Positions 8,403-18,497 are shown, counted from the first letter of the stretch. The stretch: 64,000 nucleotides of DNA from Bacteroidales bacterium (GCA_030539115.1 JAUNSR010000007.1:14929-78928); one strand, 5' to 3'. The notes: generated from the letters alone by a model not told the origin. Numbers and translations are program-made.

Positions 8403-9701
8403 AAAAGCAGGTTTATAACAATAATAACTTTAATTCTCCTTCTTATGTTGTCGGCATGCAATGAAAAAGATTTAAGAATGAATGGAACTGATATGCCTTA
8501 TGTTTATAAAGAACAGAAATATACACCGGCACCTGAAAGTTTCGTGCCTTTTTATATAAACTTTGTTTGCAGACATGGTTCCCGTTATCCAATAGAATCC
8601 AAATATATTGATGAATTGATTGAGGTTTTATCAGATGCTGAAAAAAAATCAATGATAACTCTTACAGGATCTCAACTAAAGACTTCATTAGAGCATATAA
8701 TTAATAAATTTAATAATAAATGGGGCCTTTTAAGTCATGTAGGTGTTGCCGAGATACAAGGAATTGCTTCAAGAATGATTAAAAACTATATTCATGTTTT
8801 TGATGAAGCTATATACGTGCAAAGCGATTCCGCTGAAAGATGTGTAAAAACTATGGATGCGTTTATTGATGTATTTAAAAATAAAAAAGACAGTATTAAA
8901 ATCAACACTGAAATTGTAAAGAAAGACAATGTAGTATTGAATTTTTTTGATGTTAATTTAGAATATCTGAAATTTAAGAAACATGGAACATGGAAAAACA
9001 TATATAATAGTTATTCAGACTCGATTTTGGGAAATACTCGGTTATTATATAAGTTCTTTCTTCCAGAGTATGTAAGTACCATAAACAAAGCCCCTCAGTT
9101 TCTTCATGCCCTTTTTAAAATAAATGCAATACTACCTAACACAGATGAAAAGATTTCACTAAAAGACTTCTTTACAGGTGAAGAGGAATATTTATTATGG
9201 AATACTCAGAATGTTAAGGAATATATGGAAAAAGGACCTTGGCCGGGAGAGTATGGTCTTCAGACAGACATTTCTTTCCCGTTATTAGAAGATTTTCTGA
9301 TTACTTCATATAATTCCATTGTTGATGGTGGAGTCAGTGCAGACTTTAGATTTGCGCATGCTGAAACAATCATACCATTTGCAGCTTTTCTTGATATTAA
9401 CATTGCTTCTGCCAAAACTATGGATATTAATAATGTAAGCAATGTTTGGAAAGATTTTGAGATAGCTCCTATGGCTGCAAATATTATGTGGATTTTTTAT
9501 AGCAATAATGATGGAGAGATAATTGTAAAAATGCTGCTTAATGAAAAAGAGGTTAGCTTTCCTGTTAATTCAAATATAACGCCTTATGCTCATTGGGAGG
9601 ATATTCAAAAATATTATCAAAACAAACTTGATGCTCTTTCTGTAATTCCATCATTATCTACTGAGGCTAAACTTAAATATTTTAAAGAATATAAAAAATA
9701 A
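8400..9701 (+). CDS. histidine acid phosphatase, MINPP-like (putative phytase), lipoprotein
   Basis: Signal and lipobox LLLMLSAC. RHGSRYP catalytic motif (FVCRHGSRYP) and HAE (FAHAETIIP) in place of HD, as in multiple-inositol-polyphosphate phosphatases. Confidence 0.75.
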   Translation: MKSRFITIITLILLLMLSACNEKDLRMNGTDMPYVYKEQKYTPAPESFVPFYINFVCRHGSRYPIESKYIDELIEVLSDAEKKSMITLTGSQLKTSLEHIINKFNNKWGLLSHVGVAEIQGIASRMIKNYIHVFDEAIYVQSDSAERCVKTMDAFIDVFKNKKDSIKINTEIVKKDNVVLNFFDVNLEYLKFKKHGTWKNIYNSYSDSILGNTRLLYKFFLPEYVSTINKAPQFLHALFKINAILPNTDEKISLKDFFTGEEEYLLWNTQNVKEYMEKGPWPGEYGLQTDISFPLLEDFLITSYNSIVDGGVSADFRFAHAETIIPFAAFLDINIASAKTMDINNVSNVWKDFEIAPMAANIMWIFYSNNDGEIIVKMLLNEKEVSFPVNSNITPYAHWEDIQKYYQNKLDALSVIPSLSTEAKLKYFKEYKK

Positions 9702-9708
9702 TATTTAT

Positions 9709-11355
9709 ATGTCTAAAGCTTATACACTTAAAAATATATTAGAAAAAAGCGTAGAGCGCTATAGTTCTAAAATTGCACTAAAAGATAATTTACATTCAGG
9801 TATTACTTATGAACAACTGCTTCAGAATAGTAAAAAAATAGGTTTTTGGATGGCTCAAAATGGAATTATGAAGACTGAAAAGGCTGCCATTTTGAGTGAA
9901 AATTCAATCAATTGGGTAAATGCTTTCTGGGGTATTGTATGTATGGGAGCTGTCGTAGTGTCAATATTGCCTGATTTTTCTATAAGAGAGATAAATCATG
10001 TATTAAAGCATTCAGATGCAAAGCTTTTATTTATCTCAAAAAAATATTATATAAAACATAAAGACAAACTGGAATTTGGCGGATTAATAATTATTATGGA
10101 ACCCTCAATAATGAGGCATAATAATACTAATATTCTTGATGTACCTGAGAAAAAAGAGTACACAGATTTTGAAACAGAAGAAATACTATCTGAAGATGTT
10201 GCCAATATTATTTATACCTCCGGCACCACCGGCAATCCAAAAGGTGTGATGCTTACTAATGAAAATCTTTGTTATGAAATCCAGAAAGTTCTTATAGTTC
10301 AGGATGTTGTGTCTTCAGATATATTTCTTTCGCTTTTACCTTTGTCTCATGTTTATGAAAATGTCTTGGGAATGATACTTCCTATAAGCCAAGGGGCATC
10401 CATCTTTTATAATAATAAACCGCCCATTCCCTCTGTTTTATTGGAAACAATGCAGCAAGTACGTCCTACAATGATTCTTACAGTGCCATTAATAATGGAA
10501 AAAATATATTTCTCCAAAATTATACCTGTAATTAATAAGAAAAAATTTATAAAATATGCATATAATATTTGGCCTGTAAGGTATATTTTGAATAAAAAAG
10601 CCGGTAAGAAATTAAAAAAAGCCTTTGGAGGAAGATTAAGATTCCTTGGGGTGGGAGGTGCTGCACTAAATCCTAAAGTGGAACGCTTTCTTAGAGATGC
10701 TGCTTTTCCATATTCATGTGGATATGGTTTAACAGAGACGTCTTCTTTAATATTTGCTTCAAAGGTAGGTAAAGTAAAGTTTCAATCAGTAGGTAAGCCA
10801 TTAAATGGATTGGAGTATAGAGTTGTCCGTTCTGATTATAAACAAGATGTAGGTGAAATCGTGGTTAAATGGAATGGCACGATGAAAGGTTATTATAAAG
10901 ATCCTGTTTTGACATCTAATGTTCTCACCTCCGGCAGTTGGTTCCATACAGGTGATTTAGCTCAAATGGAAAATGGTAATTTATATCTTAGAGGACGTTC
11001 AAAAACAATGATTCTTGGTCCAAGCGGTGAAAATATTTATCCAGAAGAGATAGAATCTATAATCAACAAAATGGAAGGTGTAATAGAATCACTTGTCTAT
11101 GAGGTAAAAGGAAAGATCCTTGCCAAAGTTTATTTAAATATTGATGAACTTTCAAAAAAATATGGTTTTTTAAAAGAGTCAGCCAAATATCATTCTGCTG
11201 ATGTGCATAATCAAATATCACAATATTTAAAAGAGATGCGAAACAATTTAAACAGCCATTTAAATAAGTATTCTCAGATTTCCAAGCTGGAATTGGTTCA
11301 TCAACCTTTTGAAAAAACACCGACTCATAAAATCAAACGACATATTCACAAATAA
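9709..11355 (+). CDS. AMP-dependent synthetase/ligase (long-chain acyl-CoA synthetase-like)
   Basis: YTSGTTGNPKGV AMP-binding motif, GYGLTETS and TGDL motifs. 548 aa. Confidence 0.8.
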   Translation: MSKAYTLKNILEKSVERYSSKIALKDNLHSGITYEQLLQNSKKIGFWMAQNGIMKTEKAAILSENSINWVNAFWGIVCMGAVVVSILPDFSIREINHVLKHSDAKLLFISKKYYIKHKDKLEFGGLIIIMEPSIMRHNNTNILDVPEKKEYTDFETEEILSEDVANIIYTSGTTGNPKGVMLTNENLCYEIQKVLIVQDVVSSDIFLSLLPLSHVYENVLGMILPISQGASIFYNNKPPIPSVLLETMQQVRPTMILTVPLIMEKIYFSKIIPVINKKKFIKYAYNIWPVRYILNKKAGKKLKKAFGGRLRFLGVGGAALNPKVERFLRDAAFPYSCGYGLTETSSLIFASKVGKVKFQSVGKPLNGLEYRVVRSDYKQDVGEIVVKWNGTMKGYYKDPVLTSNVLTSGSWFHTGDLAQMENGNLYLRGRSKTMILGPSGENIYPEEIESIINKMEGVIESLVYEVKGKILAKVYLNIDELSKKYGFLKESAKYHSADVHNQISQYLKEMRNNLNSHLNKYSQISKLELVHQPFEKTPTHKIKRHIHK

Positions 11356-11417
11356 ATCTTTATAAATCACTACCGCTCACTTAAAAACTATAGCATTAAA
11401 GAATAATTATCAAATAA

Positions 11418-11448
11418 AAAGGCTGTTATAAATAAAATAACAGCCTTT
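11418..11448. terminator. bidirectional hairpin between convergent genes
   Basis: AAAGGCTGTTAT-N7-ATAACAGCCTTT, flanked by A and T runs. Confidence 0.7.
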
Positions 11449-11485
11449 GCTTAAATACTAAGGTCTCATATATAAATTAAAGTAC

Positions 11486-11767
11486 TTAATCAATATCTTC
11501 ATCACTTACAGCTTCAATATAGGCATTGTCAAGCAATTGATCTATCTGCTTTTCAGAGATATTACCTTTCTCGTAGTGATGTATAAGTTTGTCAATCGCT
11601 TCACGATAATCATGAAGCTTATTTTTTGCGTTTCGGTTATTTTTCTTTACAACATACACAATTTTTCTTCTTGTCCTATCACCACTATCGGGAGCAAAAA
11701 GAAGACCTAATGCAGCTCCTGTCACTGCACCAACTGCAAATCCTACTAATAAATTTACCGTTTTCAT
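11486..11767 (-). CDS. YtxH domain-containing protein
   Basis: N-terminal LLVGFAVGAVTGAALGLLFAPDSGDRTRRKI is the YtxH signature. 93 aa. Confidence 0.7.
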   Translation of the reverse strand: MKTVNLLVGFAVGAVTGAALGLLFAPDSGDRTRRKIVYVVKKNNRNAKNKLHDYREAIDKLIHHYEKGNISEKQIDQLLDNAYIEAVSDEDID

Positions 11768-11935
11768 ATTTCCAATATTTAAAGTTCAATATCTAATTAA
11801 TAAACACATATACAAAACATTTGTTTTTTTATATGTTGTGTTATTTCTCATTATATATAAGAGATTTAAACCTATTAAAACAATGATATGTTAATCTGAT
11901 AAAAAAATTGAGAATTTTTTCTCGATTTTATTCCC

Positions 11936-11943
11936 TATTTTTG
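11936..11943 (+). promoter_or_regulatory. candidate -7 box (TATTTTTG)
   Basis: TAnnTTTG match 29 nt upstream of the ATG at 11972. Confidence 0.4.
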
Positions 11944-11971
11944 TATTATTCTTAATTAATATAAAATCATT

Positions 11972-12277
11972 ATGATAATTTTCAATACAACATTCAGCGT
12001 TGACAATGCAAGCATTGAGGAGTTTATAGACTTTGTTAAACAAATCTATGTTGTTAAAGCTATTGAAACAGGTGAACTTACAAGACCTCGTTTGGTAAAG
12101 ATACTTACCGAAAATGCTGAAAGCTCAAGTATTGCTCTTCAGTTTGAGGTTAAAGAACCTGAACATTTGGACAATTGGTATGATTCAACAGGAGATTCTC
12201 TTAATGAAATTCTTGTAAATCAGTTTGGAGATAAAGTCCTTGGATTCTCTACTATCATGGAGGAGGTAGAACTGTGA
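11972..12277 (+). CDS. DUF4286-family protein
   Basis: 101 aa ([10 protein letters not shown]...). Size, sequence style and position directly upstream of ruvC, with a GTGA overlap, match the conserved Bacteroidota DUF4286-ruvC pair. Confidence 0.6.
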   Translation: MIIFNTTFSVDNASIEEFIDFVKQIYVVKAIETGELTRPRLVKILTENAESSSIALQFEVKEPEHLDNWYDSTGDSLNEILVNQFGDKVLGFSTIMEEVEL

Positions 12278-12837
12278 TTAAGGGTGAAAAAATTATTTTA
12301 GGAATTGATCCCGGCACAAACTTTATGGGTTATGGATTAATCCAAATTATAAATAACAAGCCATCCCTTCTTACCATGGGTGTGATTCAATTAAATAAGA
12401 TAGATGATCATTACCTTCGGTTAAAGCGCATTTATGAACGTATTACTATGCTTATAGATGAATTTCACCCTGATGAATTGTCTATTGAAGCACCTTTTTT
12501 TGGCAAAAATGTTCAGTCTATGTTAAAACTTGGCCGGGCACAAGGTGTAGCAATGGCTGCTGCTTTAGGAAGAGACTTGCCTGTTACTGAATATGCTCCA
12601 TTAAAAATAAAAATGGCAATAACTGGCAATGGAGCTGCTTCTAAAGAACAAGTTAGTGGAATGATTCAAAAAATACTTAAGATAGAACAAGACAAAATGC
12701 CTGCTCAGTTTGATGCCACAGATGCTTTAGCTGCCGCTCTTTGTCATTATTATCAAAGCTCTCGGCCATCAATCACCAAGAGTTATTCAGGATGGAAAGA
12801 TTTTATGGCTAAAAATCCTTCCAAAATAAGAAAATAA
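12274..12837 (+). CDS. ruvC: crossover junction endodeoxyribonuclease RuvC
   Basis: [16 protein letters not shown] (catalytic Asp), [25 protein letters not shown] and [13 protein letters not shown] motifs. GTG start. Confidence 0.9.
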   Translation: MIKGEKIILGIDPGTNFMGYGLIQIINNKPSLLTMGVIQLNKIDDHYLRLKRIYERITMLIDEFHPDELSIEAPFFGKNVQSMLKLGRAQGVAMAAALGRDLPVTEYAPLKIKMAITGNGAASKEQVSGMIQKILKIEQDKMPAQFDATDALAAALCHYYQSSRPSITKSYSGWKDFMAKNPSKIRK

Positions 12838-12857
12838 CCTTTTATACCATACATTAA

Positions 12858-14675
12858 ATGAGGACACGAATTAAATCTTTCCTATTAAGATATAGACTTC
12901 TAACTAACTCATTGGAAGAAGTTTTTGGGAAAGCTTTATCTTTGATTTTATTCATTGACAGTATAGCGGTTATAGCACTTATGCTGATTCATCTTGGATA
13001 TGATTTGACTCCCGGTATTAAATATAAGTTTTATGATTTTTATAATCTATCGCTTTTTGTTTTATCACTGGGAGGCATATTTTATTTTCTTGTACAAAAT
13101 CATTCTCAAAAACATTTTTCAAAAGCAGGAAAGCTTGACATTTTTATCCACTCTTTTTTATTGGTTTCATCTATTCTTTATTTTATTATAAAACCTCATA
13201 GAATAGCTGCAATAGATTCTCTCAAATGGATAACAGAATATAATATATTATATATTCTTCTTTTTCTTCTTTCTATTTTCCATGCCTCAGGAGCTATTAT
13301 GCGATTTGCAAATACAAAGCTTCAGCCAGCTCGTTTATTTGCAGGTAGTTTCCTCTCATTTATTCTAATTGGTTCATGGCTTCTTATTCTTCCACATTCT
13401 CTTCAACACCCAATCAGTTATATAGATTCACTCTTTACATCAACAAGTTGTGTTTGTATTACAGGATTGACAGTGGTAAATATTGCCGACACATTTACAG
13501 ATACAGGACGCTTTATTATGCTCATACTTATTCAAATTGGAGGTCTTGGAGTAATAACTTTTACAACATTGTTCAGTCTTTTGGCTATGGGCAAAACAAC
13601 CATTAAAACCAATGTTTTGATAAAAGATATGTTCAATCAAAACAATTTTAATGATGTCTTTAAATTAATGAGGCTAATATTTCTAACAACATTTACTATA
13701 GAAATAATTGGTGCAATATGGCTTTATGAGGCAGCTGCCAATCCCATATTGTTTCCTTTTAAGAGAGCAATTTTTCATTCTATTTCTGCTTTTTGTAATG
13801 CCGGATTCTCTACAATGCCTGATGGTTTAAACACTCCATTTATCAAATACAATTGGGATTTCCTTTTTGCTATATCAATAATAGTAATGCTCGGAAGCAT
13901 AGGTTTTCCAATCTTGAATAATATAAGATTCGGCTTATACTATATCCTTCAAAACATTTTCAAGAAATTCGGATTAAGAAAAAAATATATCCACAGAGCC
14001 AATTTGTTTACATTAAATACAAAAATTGCCGTATGGATGACTATAATTCTTGTTTTTGGTGGTATGGCCATTTTCTATTTTTTAGAATCTTCTTCAATGT
14101 TTAAAACCCTTGATGTTAAAGGCAAATTGACAACTCTATTGTTTCTTGCCACTACACCAAGGTCAGGAGGATTCAATTGTTATTCAATGTCATCAATGGC
14201 TCCATTGTCAGTATTATTAACAATGTTTTTAATGTGGATTGGAGGAGGTCCTCTTTCCACGGGAGGGGGAATAAAGACTACAACATTCGGACTCTCTATG
14301 ATTAGTATTTGGAATATTATGAGAGGTAGAGATAAAGTAATAATTGGAGATAGAACAATTGAGCCATCTTCAATACTACGAGCATCCGCTTTAATTTTTA
14401 TTTCAATGCTGCTCACATCTATAGGAACATTTATTGTTGCTTATTTCGACCCGCAAATTAACTTTCGTGATATAGTTTTTGAAGTTTTATCTGCAATTTC
14501 AACCTGTGGATTAAGCATGGATGTGACTCCTCAGTTATCTGATCCAAGTAGAATAGTTCTTATTGTTCTTATGTTCTGTGGAAGAGTAGGGTTGCTTGTT
14601 ATTTTGGATAGCTTAGTGAGAAACAGCAATGAAAATGATTTTACTTATCCTAAAGCCTATATAGCTGTTGGTTAA
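12858..14675 (+). CDS. trkH: TrkH/KtrB-family potassium uptake membrane protein
   Basis: 605 aa, polytopic, with repeated pore-loop motifs (CITGLTV, NAGFST, RSGGFN, STGGGIKT). Confidence 0.85.
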   Translation: MRTRIKSFLLRYRLLTNSLEEVFGKALSLILFIDSIAVIALMLIHLGYDLTPGIKYKFYDFYNLSLFVLSLGGIFYFLVQNHSQKHFSKAGKLDIFIHSFLLVSSILYFIIKPHRIAAIDSLKWITEYNILYILLFLLSIFHASGAIMRFANTKLQPARLFAGSFLSFILIGSWLLILPHSLQHPISYIDSLFTSTSCVCITGLTVVNIADTFTDTGRFIMLILIQIGGLGVITFTTLFSLLAMGKTTIKTNVLIKDMFNQNNFNDVFKLMRLIFLTTFTIEIIGAIWLYEAAANPILFPFKRAIFHSISAFCNAGFSTMPDGLNTPFIKYNWDFLFAISIIVMLGSIGFPILNNIRFGLYYILQNIFKKFGLRKKYIHRANLFTLNTKIAVWMTIILVFGGMAIFYFLESSSMFKTLDVKGKLTTLLFLATTPRSGGFNCYSMSSMAPLSVLLTMFLMWIGGGPLSTGGGIKTTTFGLSMISIWNIMRGRDKVIIGDRTIEPSSILRASALIFISMLLTSIGTFIVAYFDPQINFRDIVFEVLSAISTCGLSMDVTPQLSDPSRIVLIVLMFCGRVGLLVILDSLVRNSNENDFTYPKAYIAVG

Positions 14676-14753
14676 CTATATCTTAAATAAAGGTATATAA
14701 ATGGCGCATTTGTACCTTAGAGGTAACGGTTATAAAAAAATTATATATAAATG
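14652..14753 (+). repeat. AFSR repeat copy B in the trkH-trkA spacer; its 3' ATG is the trkA start codon
   Basis: 14685-14753 (AAATAAAGGTATATAAATGGCGCATTTGTACCTTAGAGGTAACGGTTATAAAAAAATTATATATAA-ATG) is near-identical to copy F. The 5' part overlaps the trkH stop and is only weakly alignable. Confidence 0.75.
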
Positions 14754-15440
14754 AAATTCATAATTATTGGTTTAGGTAATTTAGGCTATACAATGGCCAA
14801 GTTACTTACAGAACAGGGAGATGAAGTTATTGGTGTTGATTCAAATCTTTCAAGAGTTGAAGAATATAAAAATGATATGTCCAGCACAATTTGTATGGAC
14901 GTCAGTGAATTTCATGCCTTAAGTTCTTTGCCTATTAAAGAAGTTGATGTCGTAATTGTTGCTATAGGTGATGTGTTGAGCACTTCAATAGAAGCTGTCG
15001 CCTATGTAAAACAATTGGGAGCTAAAAGAATCTTTGCGAGAACAAATTCAAGAGTTGAAACTGCCATTCTTGAAGCTATTGGAATAGACTGCATTATGAA
15101 GCCAAGTGAATTTGCTGCTGAAATGTATAGTTTTGATGTTAGCTCTTCAAAGATTGAAGCTCTTTTTCCTGTTGATGACTCCTATCGTATTTATGAATTC
15201 AAAGCTCCAAAGGTCTTTTTGGGCAATAATATAGAATCTTTAAAGCTTGAAGATAATTTCAAGATGAAGCTTGTTTCTGTTTTGCGCCCCACATTCCAAT
15301 TGAATATGTTTGGAAATAAAAACAATGTATTAAAGGTTATATCCGACATCTCTCCACAAACAATTATTAATGAGGGTGACGTTTTAGTTGTTTTTGGCCG
15401 AAAAGAAGATTTTGCAAAAATGAAGAAACTTATATCTTAA
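14751..15440 (+). CDS. trkA: TrkA/KtrA potassium uptake protein, NAD-binding subunit
   Basis: MKFIIIGLGNLGYTMAKLL Rossmann GxGxxG at the N-terminus and a C-terminal TrkA_C-like region. Confidence 0.85.
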   Translation: MKFIIIGLGNLGYTMAKLLTEQGDEVIGVDSNLSRVEEYKNDMSSTICMDVSEFHALSSLPIKEVDVVIVAIGDVLSTSIEAVAYVKQLGAKRIFARTNSRVETAILEAIGIDCIMKPSEFAAEMYSFDVSSSKIEALFPVDDSYRIYEFKAPKVFLGNNIESLKLEDNFKMKLVSVLRPTFQLNMFGNKNNVLKVISDISPQTIINEGDVLVVFGRKEDFAKMKKLIS

Positions 15441-15490
15441 AAAAAACATAACTTATCCAAAGTTGAAACACCCCTCAAAAGTTACATTAA

Positions 15491-15533
15491 AAAAACAGAT
15501 GGCAGAGAAATATTTCCCTGCCATCTGTTTTTT
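15491..15533. terminator. bidirectional rho-independent terminator
   Basis: A5-ACAGATGGCAG-N12-CTGCCATCTGT-T5, between convergent trkA and the AKR gene. Confidence 0.8.
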
Positions 15534-15545
15534 AATGTAAATATT

Positions 15546-16937
15546 CTACAAAGTATTTTGTTTCAGTTTTTCTATATAATCATCAATAAGATTCAGTTGT
15601 TCCGGTATCTTAATTGCCTGAGGGCAATGCACAGAACATTGATTACAACCAATGCAATGATTTGCCTGTCTTAATTTTGGCACGCTTCTGTCATAACCGA
15701 CCAAAAATGCCTGTCTGGCTTTTTTGTAATTCTCATCATTTCTGCTTTTAGAAATCTTTTCTTCACATATACATTTATTATAATGAAGGAATATAGCGGG
15801 TATATCCAAACCATAAGGACAAGGCATGCAATATTGACATCCTGTACATGGAATCAAAGAATATGTAAGCATTAGTCTTGCCGTATCTTCAAGAAGAGAA
15901 TTTTCCTCCTCATTTATAGACTCAAGAGGAGAATATGTCCTTATATTATCCTGAAGATGTTCCATATAAGTCATTCCACTAAGCACAGTCAATACTTCCG
16001 GATAAGAGGCAGCATATCTAAATGCCCAAGAAGCAACACTATCCTGAGGTCTTTTTTTCTGAAGTCTTGAGGCAAGATAATCAGGAAGTTTAGACAATCT
16101 GCCACCAAGTAAAGGTTCCATGATTACAACCTGAATCCCTCTTTTCTCCAATTCCGGATATAGATAAGATGCATTTGTGTTTCTGTCATTAATTTCCTTT
16201 GCATGGTCCCAATCAACATAATTTAATTGAATTTGTACAAAATCCCATTTATATGTATCATGAAGAGACAACAAATAGTCAAACACCTCAATATCTCCAT
16301 GATATGAAAATCCAAGATTCTTTATTCTGCCTGCTTTTCTTTCCTCTACAAGAAAATCAAGAATACCATTGTCAAGATATCTTTTCTTTAAGGCATCCAT
16401 TCCACCCATACCAATTCCATGAAGTAGAAGGAAATCAATATAGTCTGTTTGAAGATATTTTAAAGAATTATTGTACATCTCTATTGACTTTTCCCTGCTC
16501 CATGTATCTGGTGAGAAATTAGATAGTTTTGTGGCAATAAAATATTTATCACGAGGATGTCTTTTCAATGCTATTCCTGTTGCCCTTTCAGACCATCCCT
16601 GCATATAAGCGGGTGATGTATCATAATAGTTTACACCATGTTCAAAGGCATAATCTATAAGCTCATTTACAGCCTCTTGATCAATTACATTCCCATCAGG
16701 GGCAGGAGTCGGCAATGTCGGCCATCTCATGCATCCATAACCAAGAATTGAAACTTTCTCGCCCGTTTTCTTCAACGTCCTATAAGACATTTTATCAGTT
16801 GGCACTTCCTGCTGTGTGTTTCCTCCTCTTGTTTTTTCTTTATTATATGTACATCCTGCCAAAGTGGAAGTAGCAGCAACCGCTCCTCCAAGCACTTTAA
16901 GAAAATCTCTTCTATATAATTTGTTTTTTTCAGACAT
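15546..16937 (-). CDS. Tat-signal lipoprotein aldo/keto reductase with C-terminal 2x[4Fe-4S]-type cysteine motifs (COG1453-like)
   Basis: YRRDFLKVLGGAVAATSTLAGC (twin-arginine motif plus lipobox). AKR core (YYDTSPAY, ATKLS, LLLHG). CTGCQYCMPCP and CIGCNQCSVHCP clusters. Confidence 0.8.
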   Translation of the reverse strand: MSEKNKLYRRDFLKVLGGAVAATSTLAGCTYNKEKTRGGNTQQEVPTDKMSYRTLKKTGEKVSILGYGCMRWPTLPTPAPDGNVIDQEAVNELIDYAFEHGVNYYDTSPAYMQGWSERATGIALKRHPRDKYFIATKLSNFSPDTWSREKSIEMYNNSLKYLQTDYIDFLLLHGIGMGGMDALKKRYLDNGILDFLVEERKAGRIKNLGFSYHGDIEVFDYLLSLHDTYKWDFVQIQLNYVDWDHAKEINDRNTNASYLYPELEKRGIQVVIMEPLLGGRLSKLPDYLASRLQKKRPQDSVASWAFRYAASYPEVLTVLSGMTYMEHLQDNIRTYSPLESINEEENSLLEDTARLMLTYSLIPCTGCQYCMPCPYGLDIPAIFLHYNKCICEEKISKSRNDENYKKARQAFLVGYDRSVPKLRQANHCIGCNQCSVHCPQAIKIPEQLNLIDDYIEKLKQNTL

Positions 16938-16949
16938 AACTAATTAGAT

Positions 16950-18440
16950 TTAAATTGTTTTATGCATTAAGTGACCCTCAACATAAATTGCACTGAAAGG
17001 ACGGGCAGGACAAAGATTCTCACACGCTCCGCATCCTATACATGTTTCTACATTTATTATTGGAATTTTTGGAGAATCAGGATTTCCTTCCTCTTTCTCT
17101 ACCATAGTTATTGAACCTGTTGGACAATGGTCTGCACAGTTTCCACAACTTACTCCATCTTTTAAAACAACACAATTCTTTTCTACCCATACTGCATGAC
17201 CTATTTGAGTAGACGATTTATCCTCTATTGTTAAAGGTTCTATTGCTCCTGCCGGACAAACTTCAGAACACTTATTACATTCAGGTCTGCAATAGCCTTT
17301 TTCATAAGAAAGTTCCGGCTGCATAAAATTCTGTAGATTTGTTGATGGTCTCAATACATCATTTGGACAAACAGATACACACAATTGACAAGCTGTGCAA
17401 TGTTGTGAAAAGTGTCTTATACTTTTAGCTCCCGGCGGAACCAATCTATTGTTTCTTTTAGGAACTTTTTTGTCCTCTATAAAAGCCAATCCACCATCAA
17501 CCTTCTTTTCCTGAGCTTTAAGTACAGAAGTTGCAAGAACAAGGGCAGAAGCTGTCATTACGTTTCTTCTTGAATTATCTACTTTATCATCCTTTTCTAA
17601 ATGGATATCATTTTTTTGTTTTTTATATCCAAAACTGATAGCACCTTGTTTACATTTATCGATACAATCAAAACAGTCAACACATCTTGAATAATCAATC
17701 TTATGCTCTTTAGGATTAATGCACGATGCTTTACAATTTCTTGCACAAAGCCCACAATAATTACATTTATCAGTGTCTATATGTATTTTTAAAAAAGAAT
17801 ATTTTGAGATAAATCCTAAAACAGTACCAACAGGACAGATTGTGTTACAATAGCTTCTCCCGTTTTTCCAAGCTAAAACTAAGATTACTACAAATGTTGC
17901 TATTGAAATAATAAATGTTGAAAGACTCTTAATCCATATTTCTTTAGAATAAAAAAGATAATTGTCAGCTCTTTCAGATATAAAAGCTAAAACATTGTTT
18001 AAACCCTGATAGATAGGAGCAAAAAGGTTTGACACGATTCTTCCATAAGAACTATATGGAGCTAATAGTGCAACAAGAGAGTTTAATCCTGCTACCAACG
18101 CTATAATAAATAATAAAAGAATAGAATATCTTAACCACGAGATAGCTTTAGAATAACTATACTTATTTTTCTTCCTTTTTACAGAAATATGAGATATAAC
18201 ATCTTGAAATATCCCTAAAGGGCAAATAACAGAACAATATATCCTGCCAAAAACTAAAGTTAAAGCAATTAGTGCTCCGACTATAATAAAATTTACTGCC
18301 AACAAGGCGGGAAGAAATTGAATTTTTGCCATCCATCCAAGGTATGAATGTACTATTCCGGTAAAATCCAAAAATAGAAGTGTGATGCCTAAAAAGAAAA
18401 TAATGGCAACAATAGTTCTTAATTTTCGTAATAGATTCAT
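16950..18440 (-). CDS. membrane polyferredoxin, NapH-like N-terminal half fused to a NapG-like Fe-S domain
   Basis: N-terminal half has TM helices plus CSVICPLG, CNTICPVG, CNYCGLCARNC and CVDCFDCIDKC. An internal SRRNVMTASALVLATSVLKA segment follows, then PPGA..CTACQLCVSVCP and three further CxxCxxCxxxCP motifs. Confidence 0.7.
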   Translation of the reverse strand: MNLLRKLRTIVAIIFFLGITLLFLDFTGIVHSYLGWMAKIQFLPALLAVNFIIVGALIALTLVFGRIYCSVICPLGIFQDVISHISVKRKKNKYSYSKAISWLRYSILLLFIIALVAGLNSLVALLAPYSSYGRIVSNLFAPIYQGLNNVLAFISERADNYLFYSKEIWIKSLSTFIISIATFVVILVLAWKNGRSYCNTICPVGTVLGFISKYSFLKIHIDTDKCNYCGLCARNCKASCINPKEHKIDYSRCVDCFDCIDKCKQGAISFGYKKQKNDIHLEKDDKVDNSRRNVMTASALVLATSVLKAQEKKVDGGLAFIEDKKVPKRNNRLVPPGAKSIRHFSQHCTACQLCVSVCPNDVLRPSTNLQNFMQPELSYEKGYCRPECNKCSEVCPAGAIEPLTIEDKSSTQIGHAVWVEKNCVVLKDGVSCGNCADHCPTGSITMVEKEEGNPDSPKIPIINVETCIGCGACENLCPARPFSAIYVEGHLMHKTI

Positions 18441-18497
18441 TATAATTAAATATTTGTTTTTTACTTATTACACACTTTAAAATTCTTTATCCAACAA

